From: Octopus vulgaris
Taxonomy: Eukaryota
Length of the DNA: 64,000 nucleotides
Assembly: GCA_951406725.2 (NCBI GenBank)
Contig: OX597827.1
Location: forward strand, 70,060,001-70,124,000
Direction of reading: 5' to 3'
Of this stretch, positions 39,093-52,652 are shown piece by piece. The translations under genes were made by a program, and so were the position numbers. Within the stretch, counting starts at the first letter, position 1, and the number at the start of each line of letters is the position of its first letter. Under the pieces are notes generated by a model. It saw only the letters and a list, made by a program, of their open reading frames with translations. It was not told the DNA's origin and ran no database searches.

Positions 39093-40516
39093 CTGAAACA
39101 GAAAAAATAAAAAAACATTCAGTAAAGCCAGCATATGGTGTGTGCATATATATATATGTAAAAAATAATTATTTGAGGGAATATTATTCCTAACTTACAG
39201 GGAAAAATTCAATTCAGAAATACTAAATAAAATTTCACAAAATATAATAAAAACGTATATATTTGGTAGACTAACGACACGTGTTATATGTGATTTTCTA
39301 GATGGTGTAATTTAATTGTTCATTTTGAATTGATAAAAGGTGGGTTTTTTCTTATATATATATATATAAAATCAAATTTAGGGAATAGAGCAGGCAAAAT
39401 CCAGGTGACATATACGGTTGTATACATAGCAACCGTAGTTGCTAACCATAAACTATAAAATAACATTTTCCAGTTAATCAAATATCAATATGGGAAAAGC
39501 TTACAAGCTTCTACACCAACAAACCATCATTGTTCCTGAAAGTTGTTTTTTTTATACCTTCTATGGACTGCTCAAAGTTTACTAACTTTGCATACCTGGA
39601 TCCAGACGCATGGACTGGAGGAACATGAAATAAAAGGTCTTGTTCAGGGATACAATGTGCCACCAGGAATTGAACCCATGACTGTGTGCTGAATACTCTA
39701 ACCATTAAGTCATGTGCCATCACAACTTCAGTAAAACATGCAGAAGCGCAGACATGTTGGCAGAGGGCTTTGCTGAAGTCCTTGGTTTGAGTTTCAAAGT
39801 TGAATTTTATTTCTTTATTGCCCACAAGGGGCTACACACAGAGGGAGCAAACATGGACAGACAAACAGATTTAATCGACCCTGAAAGGATGAAAGGCAAA
39901 GTCGACCTCGGCGGAATTTGAACTCAGAACGTAACAGCAGACGAAATACCCTTAAGCATTTAGCCTGGTGTGCTAACGTTTCTGCCAGCTCACCGCCTCA
40001 CCCGTTTCCAAGTAAAGGTGATGCCGGTGGCACGTAAAAAGCACCAACCAGTCGTGGCCGCTGCCAGCCTTCCCTGGCACCTATACCGGTGGCAAATAAA
40101 AAGCACCCACTACATTCATGGAGCAGTTGGCATTAGGAAGGTCATCCAGCTGTAGAAACATTGCCAGATCAGACTGGAGCCTGGTGCAGCCACCTGGCTT
40201 CCCAGACCCTGGTCGAACTGTCCAACCCGTGCTAGCACGGAAAACGGACATTAAACGATGATGATGGCCAAACGTGGTTTTTACAGCAGACTGAAAATGC
40301 ACAACCTCACTTGTATGGCAATGACACTCATTTCAAAGTTGAATCTTCTTGTGGCTGACTTCCCATTGGAGCTATATCTTATTTGGTATTAATTTAAATA
40401 TTAAGTTAGAAAAACAAATTAAAAAGTAGGAAATAAAAATAGCCTATCCTTCAAGCAATCCCACTATTTTATTACATGCAACACACATTCAGATGTAAGG
40501 AAATGCGTCTACATAC

Positions 40517-40643
40517 CGAATGACTTTGGGCAATGGAATGTTTGGGTTTTGAAGGAACTTGCCAAGAACTTTTGCACAGTCTTTAGCAACTTGTTCTTCT
40601 GTTAATGACTCCATAAAGAGGGCACTGGAACCACATAGCCAGC
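40517..40643 (-). CDS. SMOX: SMOX/PAOX-like exon (127 bp, phase 1-2)
   Basis: tttcag|GC TGG CTA TGT... reads GWLCGSSALFMESLTEEQVAKDCAKVLGKFLQNPNIPLPKVIR, then |gtatgt. Continues the frame of the previous exon. Absent from the ORF track. Confidence 0.9.
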
Positions 40644-43218
40644 CTGAAATGACAAAAGAAATTAAATCTTTAGTGAGTAAACAGAGAACGAAGAAGGATT
40701 ATAAGTAAGAAGAGAGTTAATGGTATAGCAAGCCAAGAAGGTGGTGAGCTGGCAGAAACGTTAGCACGCCGGGTGAAATGCTTTGTGGTATTTCGTCCGC
40801 CGTGGCGTACTGAGTTCAAATTCTACTGAGGTCGACTTTGCCTTTCATCCTTTCGGGGTCGATAAATTAAGCACCAGTTACGCACTGGGGTCGATGTAAT
40901 CAACTTAATCCATTTGTCTGCCCTTGTTTGTCCCCTCTATGTTTAGCCCCTTGTGGGTAGTAAAGGAATAGGTATAGCAAGCCAATTGTATGCTTAAAAA
41001 AAAACCTTTACACATGCATCATTTAGTGTTTGCTTTCTTATGCTTGCATGGGTCAGGCAGAATTGTTTTGAGTCAGATTTTCTACAGCCGGATGCCCTTC
41101 CTGTCACCAACCCTCACCTGTTTCCAAGCAAAGGTAAATAAGGCCCCATGACCAAATGTGGTTTTTACAGCAGATTGGAAACACACACCCTCACTTGTAT
41201 GGCAATGACACTCACTTACAACTATTACATGATGTCTAAACAAGGGCACACAGACACACAAACATGCATACACATCCCTCCTTTCAGTTTCTGTCCAGCA
41301 AATCCACTCTCACAGCTTAGGTCGGCCAAGGTGCCACACAGGACTGAACTTGGAACTGTGTGGCTGAAAAGCAAGCCATACAGCTATGCATACACAAATG
41401 ACACAAAAATTTGGATACAATGTATATTATAACAGAGTAGTCTCACACTGCATAACAGCATTAATTACAATGGTAACTATAAAACAAAAAGGTTAGTTAA
41501 ATTTTAGTAGATTAATGTAAAGCCATTTAATTTGTAACAATTGTCAAGTTTTCACATTCCAACAGAAAAACAATAACTATTTTGTTTGAATTTCTGAGAA
41601 GAGAAATTTTTGTCATTAATTTACTATAGACTGATATAATGAAGACAAGTGTCCTCATTATGAAATTAAAAGGTTCGTTCCAAATTCTGAAAACATTATT
41701 GAATATGACAGACGCCCAAAGAAGGCAAAAGAATATGACAACTGAAATATGGGACAGTAACAGCCTAAATGAGGACACCAGTTCAAATGTCATTATCATC
41801 ATCATTTTCTATGCTGGCATGGGTTGGGCAGTTTAACAGAAGCTGGTGAACCAGATGACTGCACTCAAGCTCCAATGTTTCACATGGTTTCTATGGCTGG
41901 ATGTTCTTCCTAACACCAGCCACTTTACAGAGTGTGCTGGGTGCTTTTTACATGGCACTGTTGCTAGTAAGGTCACAAAGTAACTCACCTGGCACAAATC
42001 TAGCTCCCTCAATTCTCCTCTCATTTGAGGGGTCTTGTGAGTTACTTTGTGACCTTACTAGCAAAGACATGGGAAGAAGCGGTGAAGAGGCCAGACTGCA
42101 TCAAGTGGCAAGATGTTACGGTTGAAACAAAACTTGCCCGACTCAAGCAGATATAGAAAAACAGACGTAAAAAATGAAGACAACGATGATGATAGTTCAT
42201 TCAGTCCAGGTGAATAAAACTGGTTTTGTTAATTTGCAGAGATGACAAATTCAAAACTATCCTATTCAACTAATCCCTACACTCAGCACAACCTCAGGCT
42301 GCTAATGTCACCTTTCAATGACAATTAATGCACTCACCAATGCTAACACAAATTTGTCACGGTTTCTATGTACAATCTGGCTTTTCTTTTTAATCTAATA
42401 TCCATGACTAGATTCTTAAATACTCGAGAGAAAGTGTAACGACCACCTTGTTTGGTATAAATCTTCAGGAATTTGTTTTTGCTTTCACTGCTATGTTCAG
42501 CCACCTCACAGGTGTTTGTTCAACAACTTTGTCCAATCCGAGTTTAAAAAAAGAAACTCTTCAGCAAGTTAATCTGTGTTTAAATATTTCCGATAATCGC
42601 CCCTCAAGTTTAAATATTTTCTCTACTCTCTCTCTCTCTACGTGACAAGCAACTGTCATTATGTTTACAGAGGTCAACGGCAGATCGTATGTTCCTTGCA
42701 TACGTCAGCTTAGTTGACGTATGCAAAGAACATGCAGCTGCACCTGACAGTTGCACACTGTTTAAAATAGAACAAGACGATATCACATCAGCTGTCACTT
42801 GATTGCCATAGCAATTGTCATTAAAAGAAACTGTCTAGTTCCAGTAAGACCATATAAAGTGACAGCAAAAAGTGACTTTTCACAGGTGGAGAGAATGTCA
42901 AACTAGGTACCACAACATTAATTAACAGCCTCTGTTCATAAATCAACAATGTTCATTAATTAACAGTCTTTATTCATACATGGACAACATGAAGTTGGGA
43001 AAAACCTTTTAGGAGTGTTTTGCATATTACATACAAATGGGGTGAGGTTTGACATAGGTGCAGGCATGGCTGTGTGGTTAAGAAGCTTGCTTTGCAACAC
43101 CATGTGGTTAGGGGTTCAGTCCTACTGCACAGCACCTTGGGCAAGTGTCTACTTACAGCCCCAGGGCAACCCAATGCCTTGTGAGAGAATTTAGTAAATG
43201 GAAATTGTGTGAAGGCTC

Positions 43219-43249
<31 letters not shown>

Positions 43250-44849
43250 ATACACACACACATGTGGTTTTTGTGTTTGTTCCCCACTACTTGAATAACC
43301 AGTCAGTCACTTAGCAGTTCAGCAAAAGACACCAACAGATAAGCACCAGGCTTTAAAATATATATATATATACAAAAATAAAGTACTGGGGTCAATTTAT
43401 TCAACTTAACCTTTGAAGGTAGTGCCCCAGCATGGCTGCAATCCAATGACTGAAACAAGTAGAAGATACATAATATAGAGAGAGTTGAAAAACTGATCAA
43501 CTTTGATAATATCCATACAATTAGTAGACACAAACTCCCTGCTCAAAGGAGTATTTAAAATCTAGGAACAAACAAAGAAGCTGACTCCATTTCCAATCGA
43601 TTTAAATTTTGGCAAGACAAAGAGTGATCAATATATGTAAAAATCAGTCGAAACAATGTTGCTGATCATGGATAGCAACAGTATGGCCAAAGGATATTCT
43701 CTACATAAATATAGCGGCCTAGTGGTTAGGGTGTTGTATTCTCAATCACAAGATCATGGTTTCAATTCTCAGACCAAAAATGCTTAATTTAATAATGTTG
43801 CTCCAGTCCACTCAGCTGTAAAATGGTTAACTCTGACAGACTGGTGTTCTTTGCAGAGGGAATGTTGGCCTGCTTGCTTTTAGCCAGGAGGAGTGGCATC
43901 ATTTGAAAGCTACAACAATGCAAGGGAGCACATTGTGACCAATGGTCAATGCAGTAATACACTTAGGTCAAACCATATATGAAATGTGGAGTTGATCATC
44001 TAAGGATTATGCATGCAACTAATATCTCTGAGGGTGCTTTGTCTTGTAGAGTGTGGAGAATATGGTTCACTGAGAAGGTTTAATAAGACTGAAACAGGTC
44101 TTACTTTCCCTAGTTGGCTTTAAAGACCAGATCCACACCCACAAATATTGATCTTTTTGTCTAAAAACAATTTCAGTCAACTGGTCTTGGTAAATTTACG
44201 TTCCTTGTTAGATTTTAAACAAAACTCTTGAGACAAATGATACTCATCATCATCATCATAGTTTAGCGTCCGCTTTCCATGCTGGCATGGGTTGGATGGT
44301 GCAACTGGGGTCTGGGAAGACAGAAGGCTGCACCAGGCCCAGTCTGATCTGGCAATGTTTCTACGGCTGGATGCCCTTCCTAACGCCAACCACTCCATGA
44401 GTGTAGTGGGTGCTTTTTACGTGCCACCGGCACAGGAGCCAGAGGAGGCTGGCAAACGGCCACGATCGGATGGTTCTCTTATGTGCCACCAGCACTGGTA
44501 TCACAGCTACAATTTCCATTGATGTTGAATGATTTTGATTTTCACTTGCCTCAACAGGTCTTCACAAGTAGAGTTTTGTGTCCCAGGAAGGAAAGGCATG
44601 CATAAGTGGACTGAGGCCATGGGTTATGGTCTCACTTGTCCTGCCGGGTCTTCTCATGCACAGCATACTGGAGACGGTAACTAGATTACATATGCAAGAC
44701 CCTACAATATTTATGGATACTGTCAGAGATTAGATGGGTCAGATATCTGCATAATTCTGTTTCATTTGCCCCCGTTTTATTTCTGAAACCTTTTGCAGTC
44801 TGCTCCAGCTAATTGTTAGTCTTTGTAAAAAAGGCTTGAAATTAAATTA

Positions 44850-45700
44850 TTAGCGCAGAAAGTCTGTTGTATATAATACCATCTGACAAAAGTATACACG
44901 ATCATCTAACCATACAGAGCATACCATCATACTACTAATAACATGACACCTCTTTGCTCAACATATACCTTCCTTTGTATTTACATGTCAAAATTACTCC
45001 AATAATCTGGTTTGCCTGTATCAAATACTTTCACATATAACTTGAATCATTAACATTTCATGCTCAACTTGTGCTTTGGTGTGTGGTTTTTTTTTTTTTG
45101 GTTTTTTTTTCATGGGTCAGGTTTCACTGCTATATAAAGATAAACACGATATTATCACATGTCCCCCCGCCCCTTGTTGTTCGTCAGTTATGATTTGGTA
45201 GAGATCGAGTTACATTAGAAACTTCTACCATCACAAGAATTCCAATGATATAACTGGATCTTAAGACGTTCTGACCAACATACACCAACCACCCTTGACA
45301 AGCAACAGCAAACATCTCTGAGGCACTGGAATAATCTAAGAATTGATAGGTTAAGATGGTTGATCAGCATCTTTACTTTGTGATATCTTCATGGTATACA
45401 GGTGAAAGCACACTTAAGTCAGACATCTAAAGAAAAGGTGAATCAGAGAGATTCATTCATACATTATTTCCAGGAATATAATACCAGAGATTCATAGAGA
45501 TTTGGCAAAATACTGAAAGGATGGATGTACACTATTTTATACTCTCCAACCATAACTGTCCATATCAATTTTAATGTCAAGTTTGAAAAGAACACATCAG
45601 AAATGGCTTTGATCATCAACACTGAGTTAATCTACACGAGAATTTGCAGTCTGGCAAGTGTGATGTATATTGAAACTATCATGGCTACAGAAGCCGCCAA
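44850..45700 (-). pseudogene. Highly decayed RTE-type reverse transcriptase fragment
   Basis: Minus strand at about 45118-45140 encodes LYSSET, a degenerate LLYGSETW. No open frame. Confidence 0.35.
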
Positions 45701-47426
45701 GATATCCAAAGAATATAAACTTTTATCTTTTATTCATTTTAGTCATTTGACTGCGGCCATGCTGGAGCACTGCCATCAATGTCTTTTAAGCCGAATGAAT
45801 TGACCCTTGTACTTATTTTTTTAAACTAGGTACTTATTCTATCGGACTCTTTTGCTGAAGCACTAAGTTATGGGGATAGCAGTAGTGGGGGAACAGACAC
45901 ACACAAACATATACATACATATATACGATGGGCTTCTTTCAGTCTCCGTCTACCGAATCCATTCACAATACTTTGGTTGGCCCAAAGCTATCGGAGAAGA
46001 CACTTGCTCAAGGTGCCACACAAAGGGACTGAATCTGGAACCTTGTCGTTGGGAAGCAAGCTCCTTACCACACAGCCATGCCTGTGCCTATTGCAGATGA
46101 TAGAATTAATAAACTGGTTCCACTTTATACAATTTCTACCAACAGCAGTAAAGTAATATCAACCATTTTCATTTACCATATATGATGGCATGTAAGATAC
46201 CCTCCTGCCCCACAAAAATGCCCCTCCCACCATAGAAAAAAAAGGTCACCCCAAATCCTGTATGTGAAATTGGGCCTTCCTTAAGCCTTATGGCACAACA
46301 ACCATTTTTGGCATCCGTGCCGATGGCATGTAAAAAGCACCATCCGATCGTGGCCGTTGCCAGCCTCGCCTGGCCCCTGTGCTGGTGGCACGTAAAAAGC
46401 ACCACCCGACCGTGTCCGTTGCCAGCGCCGCCCCGACTGGCCTCTGTGCCAGTGGCATGTAAAAAGCACCATCCAATCGTGGCCGTTGCCAGCCTCACCT
46501 GGTCCCCATGCCGGTGGCACCTAAAAAGCACTACCCGACCGTATCCGTTGCCAGCGCCACCCCGTCTGGCCTCCGTGCCGGTGGCACGTAAAAATCACCC
46601 ACTACACTCACGGAGTGGTTGGCGTTAGGAAGGGCATCCAGCCGTAGAAACACTGTCAGATCAGACTGGGCCTGGTGCAGCCTTCAGGCTTCCCAGACCC
46701 CAGTTGAACCGTCCAACCCATGCTAGCATGGAAAGTGGACACTAAATGATGATGATGATGCATTCTGCTAAAATTGGGAGGCATCTATCATGTCTGTGCA
46801 TCTTTTATGCCACCAAATACAGTAAACTTCCACATTACAGAGAACAGTAGTTCTACAAAGACTGTGATCAAATAATGGTTGTATTGCCTTAGGGTGCTAA
46901 AGAAAGATAACCCTTTCTATGTATTTATTTATTTTAGCTACTTCAGTGGTATAGAACTGATAACATTCTTATCTACCACTGCATTGCTGTAGTGGTAAGC
47001 TAGCAATTCCATATCTGACCAGAAGGCTGTGCAGCAGGTACAGTGAAGTGTACAGAGAACATAACTGACATTCCACTTGTATCACTGAAAGCTATTCAGC
47101 AGAAGCCGTTATCTGCAGACAGAATACAGTGTCTAGCCAACTCAACTACAGACTTCAGATTTCCAACACCTGGAAGGCATTACATATACATTTGAGACTG
47201 CACACAACCAGACTTAGAAATAGTTTATTTTGCTATAACAGTCATAGATGAACATTCCAGCAGATTGCAAGCATGTGTGTGTGTGTGTGTATATATAAAT
47301 ATATATATATGTTTATATGGATAACACCCCTATTTTATGTATGTTTTTACATGCTGGCATAGGGTGAATGAGTCATGAGTATTTTGCCACTTGTCATAGT
47401 CCTAATGTGTGTGTGTATGGTAGTAA

Positions 47427-47473
<47 letters not shown>

Positions 47474-47477
47474 GTAG

Positions 47478-47534
<57 letters not shown>

Positions 47535-49112
47535 TAGTAAGTGTATGTGTGTGTATATATATATATATATTATATATGTGTGTGTGTCCATGCATGTGTA
47601 TAAATGCAGGCATGGCTGTGTGGTTAAGAAATTTGCTTCCTAACCATGTGGTCATGGGTGCCGTCCCACTACATGGCACCCTGGGCTAGTGTCTTCTACT
47701 ACAGGCCCAGGCTGACTGAAGCTGCATGCATGAGTACATAGCATCATCTTGATATCACATGATGGCTGTAAATGTACTTTATCATCATTATACAAGCCAA
47801 GTTGTTCATTTCCAGTCTTCTGTGGAAAACATGTCTATCTATTAGAAAATATTACCTTAGTTGGAAGCAGGCAAGGGGTTGGCAATAAGAAGGGGACCCA
47901 GCCATAGAAAATTGGACAATTAAATGATCACGGCACAGCACGATAGACATACATAAATAGGTGCAGGTATGGCTGCATGGTTAAGAAGTCTGCATAATAA
48001 TGACATTGTTTAAGGTTAGATTCCTGTATACAGGACTTGGGAAATGAGTTTTCTAAGCCAGTTCTCCATGTGTGTGTGAATTTCCCCTCACCATCTGACA
48101 ACTAGCTTCAGTTTACTGGCATTCCAATAACTTGACAGTTCAACAAAAAGAGATTGAATAAATACCAGGCTAAATAAACACTTATGGGGGAGCAATTTGA
48201 TAGACTAAATCCAGCATGGTGGTGTCCCAGGATGGTTACAATTCAATGAATAAAATAAGAGAATGCATGTGTGCTTGTGTGTGTATGTATATATACATAA
48301 ATATACACATATATACACACACACAAATATACATTTGTGTGTATAGGTGCAGGAGAGGCTGTGTGGTAAGTACCTTGCTTACGAACCACATGGTTCCGGG
48401 TTCAGTCCCGCTGCATGGCACCTTGGGCAAGTGTCTTCTGCTATAGCCTCGGGCCGACCAAAGCCTTGTGAGTGGATTTGATAGACGGAAACTGAAAGAA
48501 GCCCGTCATATATATGTATATGTATATATATATATGTGTATGTGTTTGTATGTCTGTGTTTGTCCCCCCCAACATTGCTTGACAACCGATGGTGTGTTTG
48601 CCCCCCCCCCCGTAACTTAGTGGTTCAGCAAAAGAGACCATTAGAATAAGTACTAGGCTTACAAAGAATAAGTCCTGGGGTCGATTTGCTCCACTAAAGG
48701 TGGTGCTCCAGCATGGCCACAGTCAAATGACTGAAACAAGTAAAAGAGTAAAAGAGTACAGAAACGCACTATATATTTAGTGTGTTATTACGAAATTGTG
48801 TACATTGCATCAGTTAATGGTGTATTGTTATCAATTGATTCCGGTTGCTGCTACAAGCTTCAAACCCTTCGACTTGGCTGCAGTCCCACTCTGATGACTG
48901 CAGACAACGATAAAAGTAAAATGAATTGAACACAGACTACTTTTGATACACAAACTGCTCGTACTGCGCCACAGAAAATTGAAAGGATCGTGGTAAAAAA
49001 ACAAGTTTGGTCAAATCTGCTAATTAGATTTCCAAATAGATTCAACGCGTTTGTAATATTGGTTTCAAATATGGGCACAAGGCCAGCAATCTCTCCAGGG
49101 AGAAAAGCAAGT

Positions 49113-49762
49113 AATTTACACTGACCCCCAGTGCAACACTGGTACCTTATTTTATCGACATTGAAGGGATAAAAAGGCAAAGTTAACACGAGCAGGATTT
49201 GAACTTGGAATGCGAAATTGGAAGAAATGCTACTAAGAATTTTAATTTACACTGACCCCAGTGCAACACTGGTACCTTATTTTATCGACATTGAAGGGAT
49301 AAAAAGGCAAAGTTAACACGAGCAGGATTTGAACTTGGAATGCGAAATTAGAAGAAATGCTACTAAGAATTTTAATTTACACTGACCCCAGTGCAACACT
49401 GGTACCTTATTTTATCGACATTGAAGGGATAAAAAGGCAAAGTCAACACGAGCAGGATTTGAACTTGGAATGCGAAATTGGAAGAAATGCTACTAAGAAT
49501 TTTAATTTACACTGACCCCAGTGCAACACTGGTACCTTATTTTATCGACATTGAAGGGATAAAAAGCAAAGTCAACACGAGCAGGATTTGAACTTGGAAT
49601 GCAAAACTGGAAGAAATGCTACTAAGAATTTTAATTTACACTGACCCCAGTGCAACACTGGTACCTTATTTTATCGACATTGAAGGGATAAAAAGGCAAA
49701 GTCAACACGAGCAGGATTTGAACTTGGAATGCGAAATTGGAAGAAATGCTACTAAGAATTTT
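49113..49762. repeat. SINE-derived minisatellite, 5 x ~130 bp
   Basis: Units start at 49113, 49244, 49374, 49504 and 49633 and are nearly identical. Confidence 0.95.
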
Positions 49763-50735
49763 GTCTGGCATGATAACAATTCTTCCGACTTGCTGCCCTA
49801 AATTCAAATTTTGGCACAAAGCCATAACCCCAGTGCTCAACTGGTACTTATTACATCGAATCCAAATGGACGAAATCCAAGTTGACCACCGCAGAATTTG
49901 AACCCACAACATAAAAATAAAGATGGGTGAAAGGCTGCTAAATATTTAGCGGCCTTTAAATATAACAAAGAATTTACTAAAATAACTTAGTTATCATTCA
50001 GCTAGTGTTAGGAACATAAATTGTGACTAAGGTTTGGTGGAAGATTTTAATTCAAAACTTATGAAAACAAGACATTTATACTACAGAGCTAGAGCCCGTT
50101 TCAGCCGGGTTGGTATCAAAAGGGTTAAGTAAACTATAATCAAATACAAGCCATTTGATCTGAAACTGCATTGTCCAATGTCTTTTTTAAGGTAATACAG
50201 CAATGTAAAGGAGATTTGACTGCTATTTCTAGCAATCAAAATGACCCTCCACCAAGCTGTCCTCGTTAGCTTACAAACTTTGGCAGTTAGCTCGTCTAGT
50301 TGCTAGACTGAAACATAATTTATGTATCCAATGTGGTAGTTATTCAATAACTGTAAATTATTTATGACAAATTGCACTAATTTTCATTATCGTTGCTCCA
50401 TCATATTTACTCCAACACTAAAAATTTTTTTTTAATATTTTATAAAAAAAAAATCCAAGTCTCACCCAACAGACAACAGCATGTTTAACAAGCCACCATG
50501 TCGTCATTCCACCTGCTAGAAATAGCAGCCAATCTCCCTGAAACCTTACCCAACTGTTTCCTTTAAAAAGGGATGGCAGAGTTAATGTAGTCAAAAACAT
50601 TAATGATGAAAAAAAAAAACAAAAACAAATCTAGCCCCCTCTGTTCAGCACCTTAGGCAAGTATCTTCTATAGCCACAGACTAACCAATGTCCTACAAGT
50701 GAATTTGGTAGATGAATACTGTGTGGAAGCCTGTG

Positions 50736-50775
<40 letters not shown>

Positions 50776-51130
50776 CATGTTTTGTGTTTGTTCCACCATC
50801 ACTTGACAACTGGTGTTGGTTTATATATGTCCCTGCAACTCAGCAGCTCAGTAAAACACACCTAGAGAATAAATGCCAAACTTAAAAATAAGTACGAGGT
50901 TTGATTTGTTTGACTAAACCCTTCAAAATGGTGCCCCAGCATGGCCGCAGTCCAATAACTGAAGTGAACCCCATCACAGTTGATGAAACAAGCATGACAG
51001 GGTTCACTAAAGACTGTCGTGCCCAAATTCCTGGACACTCATATGAAACTAGGGGACAGAAGTAGCTACAAGCACTAAATTACATATATATATCAGTTCG
51101 TTGTTGCCCCTTTTCCCATGCTAGCATGGG

Positions 51131-51786
51131 GTTTGGTTCTCAACATTTTTTTTTTATCTATGAACCCCTTTGATTCTTATTTTATTCTGGTAGGCCCTCA
51201 TAGCCACTGAGCCCTATTTTAGTTCTATCATTAATTATTATTAAGACAGCAAGCTGGCAGAATTGTTAGCATGCCGACTAAAGTGCTTAGCGGTATTTTG
51301 TCTGCCGTTACGATCTGAGTTCAAATTCTGCTGAGGTTGACTTTGCCTTTCATCCTTTCGGGGTTGATGAAATAAGTACCAATTATGCAATGGGGTTGAT
51401 GTAATCGACTTAATCTGTTTGTCTGTCCTTGTTTGTCCTCTCTGTGTTTACCCCCTTGTGGGCAGTAAAGAAATAGGTATTTCGTCTGCCGCTACGTTCT
51501 GAGTTCAAACTCCACCAAGGTCAACTTTTCCTTTCATCCTTTCGGGGTTGATAAATTAGGTACCATTTAAATGGGGGTTGTTGATGTAATCGACTAGTCC
51601 CCTCCCCCAAAATTTCAGGCCTTGTGACTATAGTAGAGACAATTATTAGATATTAGGAATTGTATTAAAATAAAAATTAAAATATTTTGTGCACTGTAAA
51701 AAGTATAAGCAACTTATTGCCCATAAATTTTAACAGCAAAATCTCATATGGACCCTCAAGGGCCATATGAACTCTGAGAACCACTG
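51131..51786. mobile_element. hAT-like MITE with nested SINE B copies
   Basis: Ends TGGTTCTCAAC ... TGAGAACCACTG, with SINE B at about 51245-51640. Confidence 0.55.
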
Positions 51787-52337
51787 GGGAGGAAACACTG
51801 AGGGATTATTTTACAGCTATATGCCCCTCCTGTTACAAACCCATATCTGTTTTTCAAGCAAAGGCTCTCTTATTTCACACAACTTCAAAGATGCAAAGCC
51901 CATGGTTGACCTCATCTCTCCATAAGAGGGTATACCCCTTATGTAGAAAACCAATATGCAGAGTAAAGGTTTCCAAAGTACTTCCAAGTAAGATTTCACC
52001 CTTTTGTTACCATATTTCTGTTGAAATGCACTGCCTTACTTTCAATTAATTTTGAAACAAATGAAGAATTTTTTTTTACTAAAATAACTTTGCTATGTTG
52101 TTATTAAGCTAGAGTTTAGAACACGAAGTGAAATCTTCATTTAGATCACTTAAAAACTGGAAATTTGTATCATAGAACGATAAGCAAATCTCTGATGGAT
52201 TAGCATCAAAAGACTTAGAGACTTTAAAATAACAAGGCTAATGAAAGTTCATGGCAGAAAACCTTATTTGTTTTGTATCAGTCGAAATGACTTGCAAACA
52301 ATTTCACCCCCCCCCCCATCAACATGTCTGACAAGAT

Positions 52338-52384
<47 letters not shown>

Positions 52385-52544
52385 CGTAGGAGTGGTTGTG
52401 TGGTAATTAGCTTGCTTACGAACCACATGGTTCCAGGTTCAGTCCCACTGCATGGCACCTTGCGCAAGTGTCTTCTACTATAGCCTCGGGCCGACCAAAG
52501 CGTTGTGAGTGGATTTGGTAGGCAGAAACTGAAAGAAGCCTGTC

Positions 52545-52610
<66 letters not shown>

Positions 52611-52621
52611 GTGTGTGTGTG

Positions 52622-52652
<31 letters not shown>

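Noticed and set aside
46315-46610. CRISPR-like palindromic repeat/spacer array (also 31636-31830)
   Set aside because: The spacers are copies of each other, the array is internal to a SINE, the context is eukaryotic and there are no cas genes.
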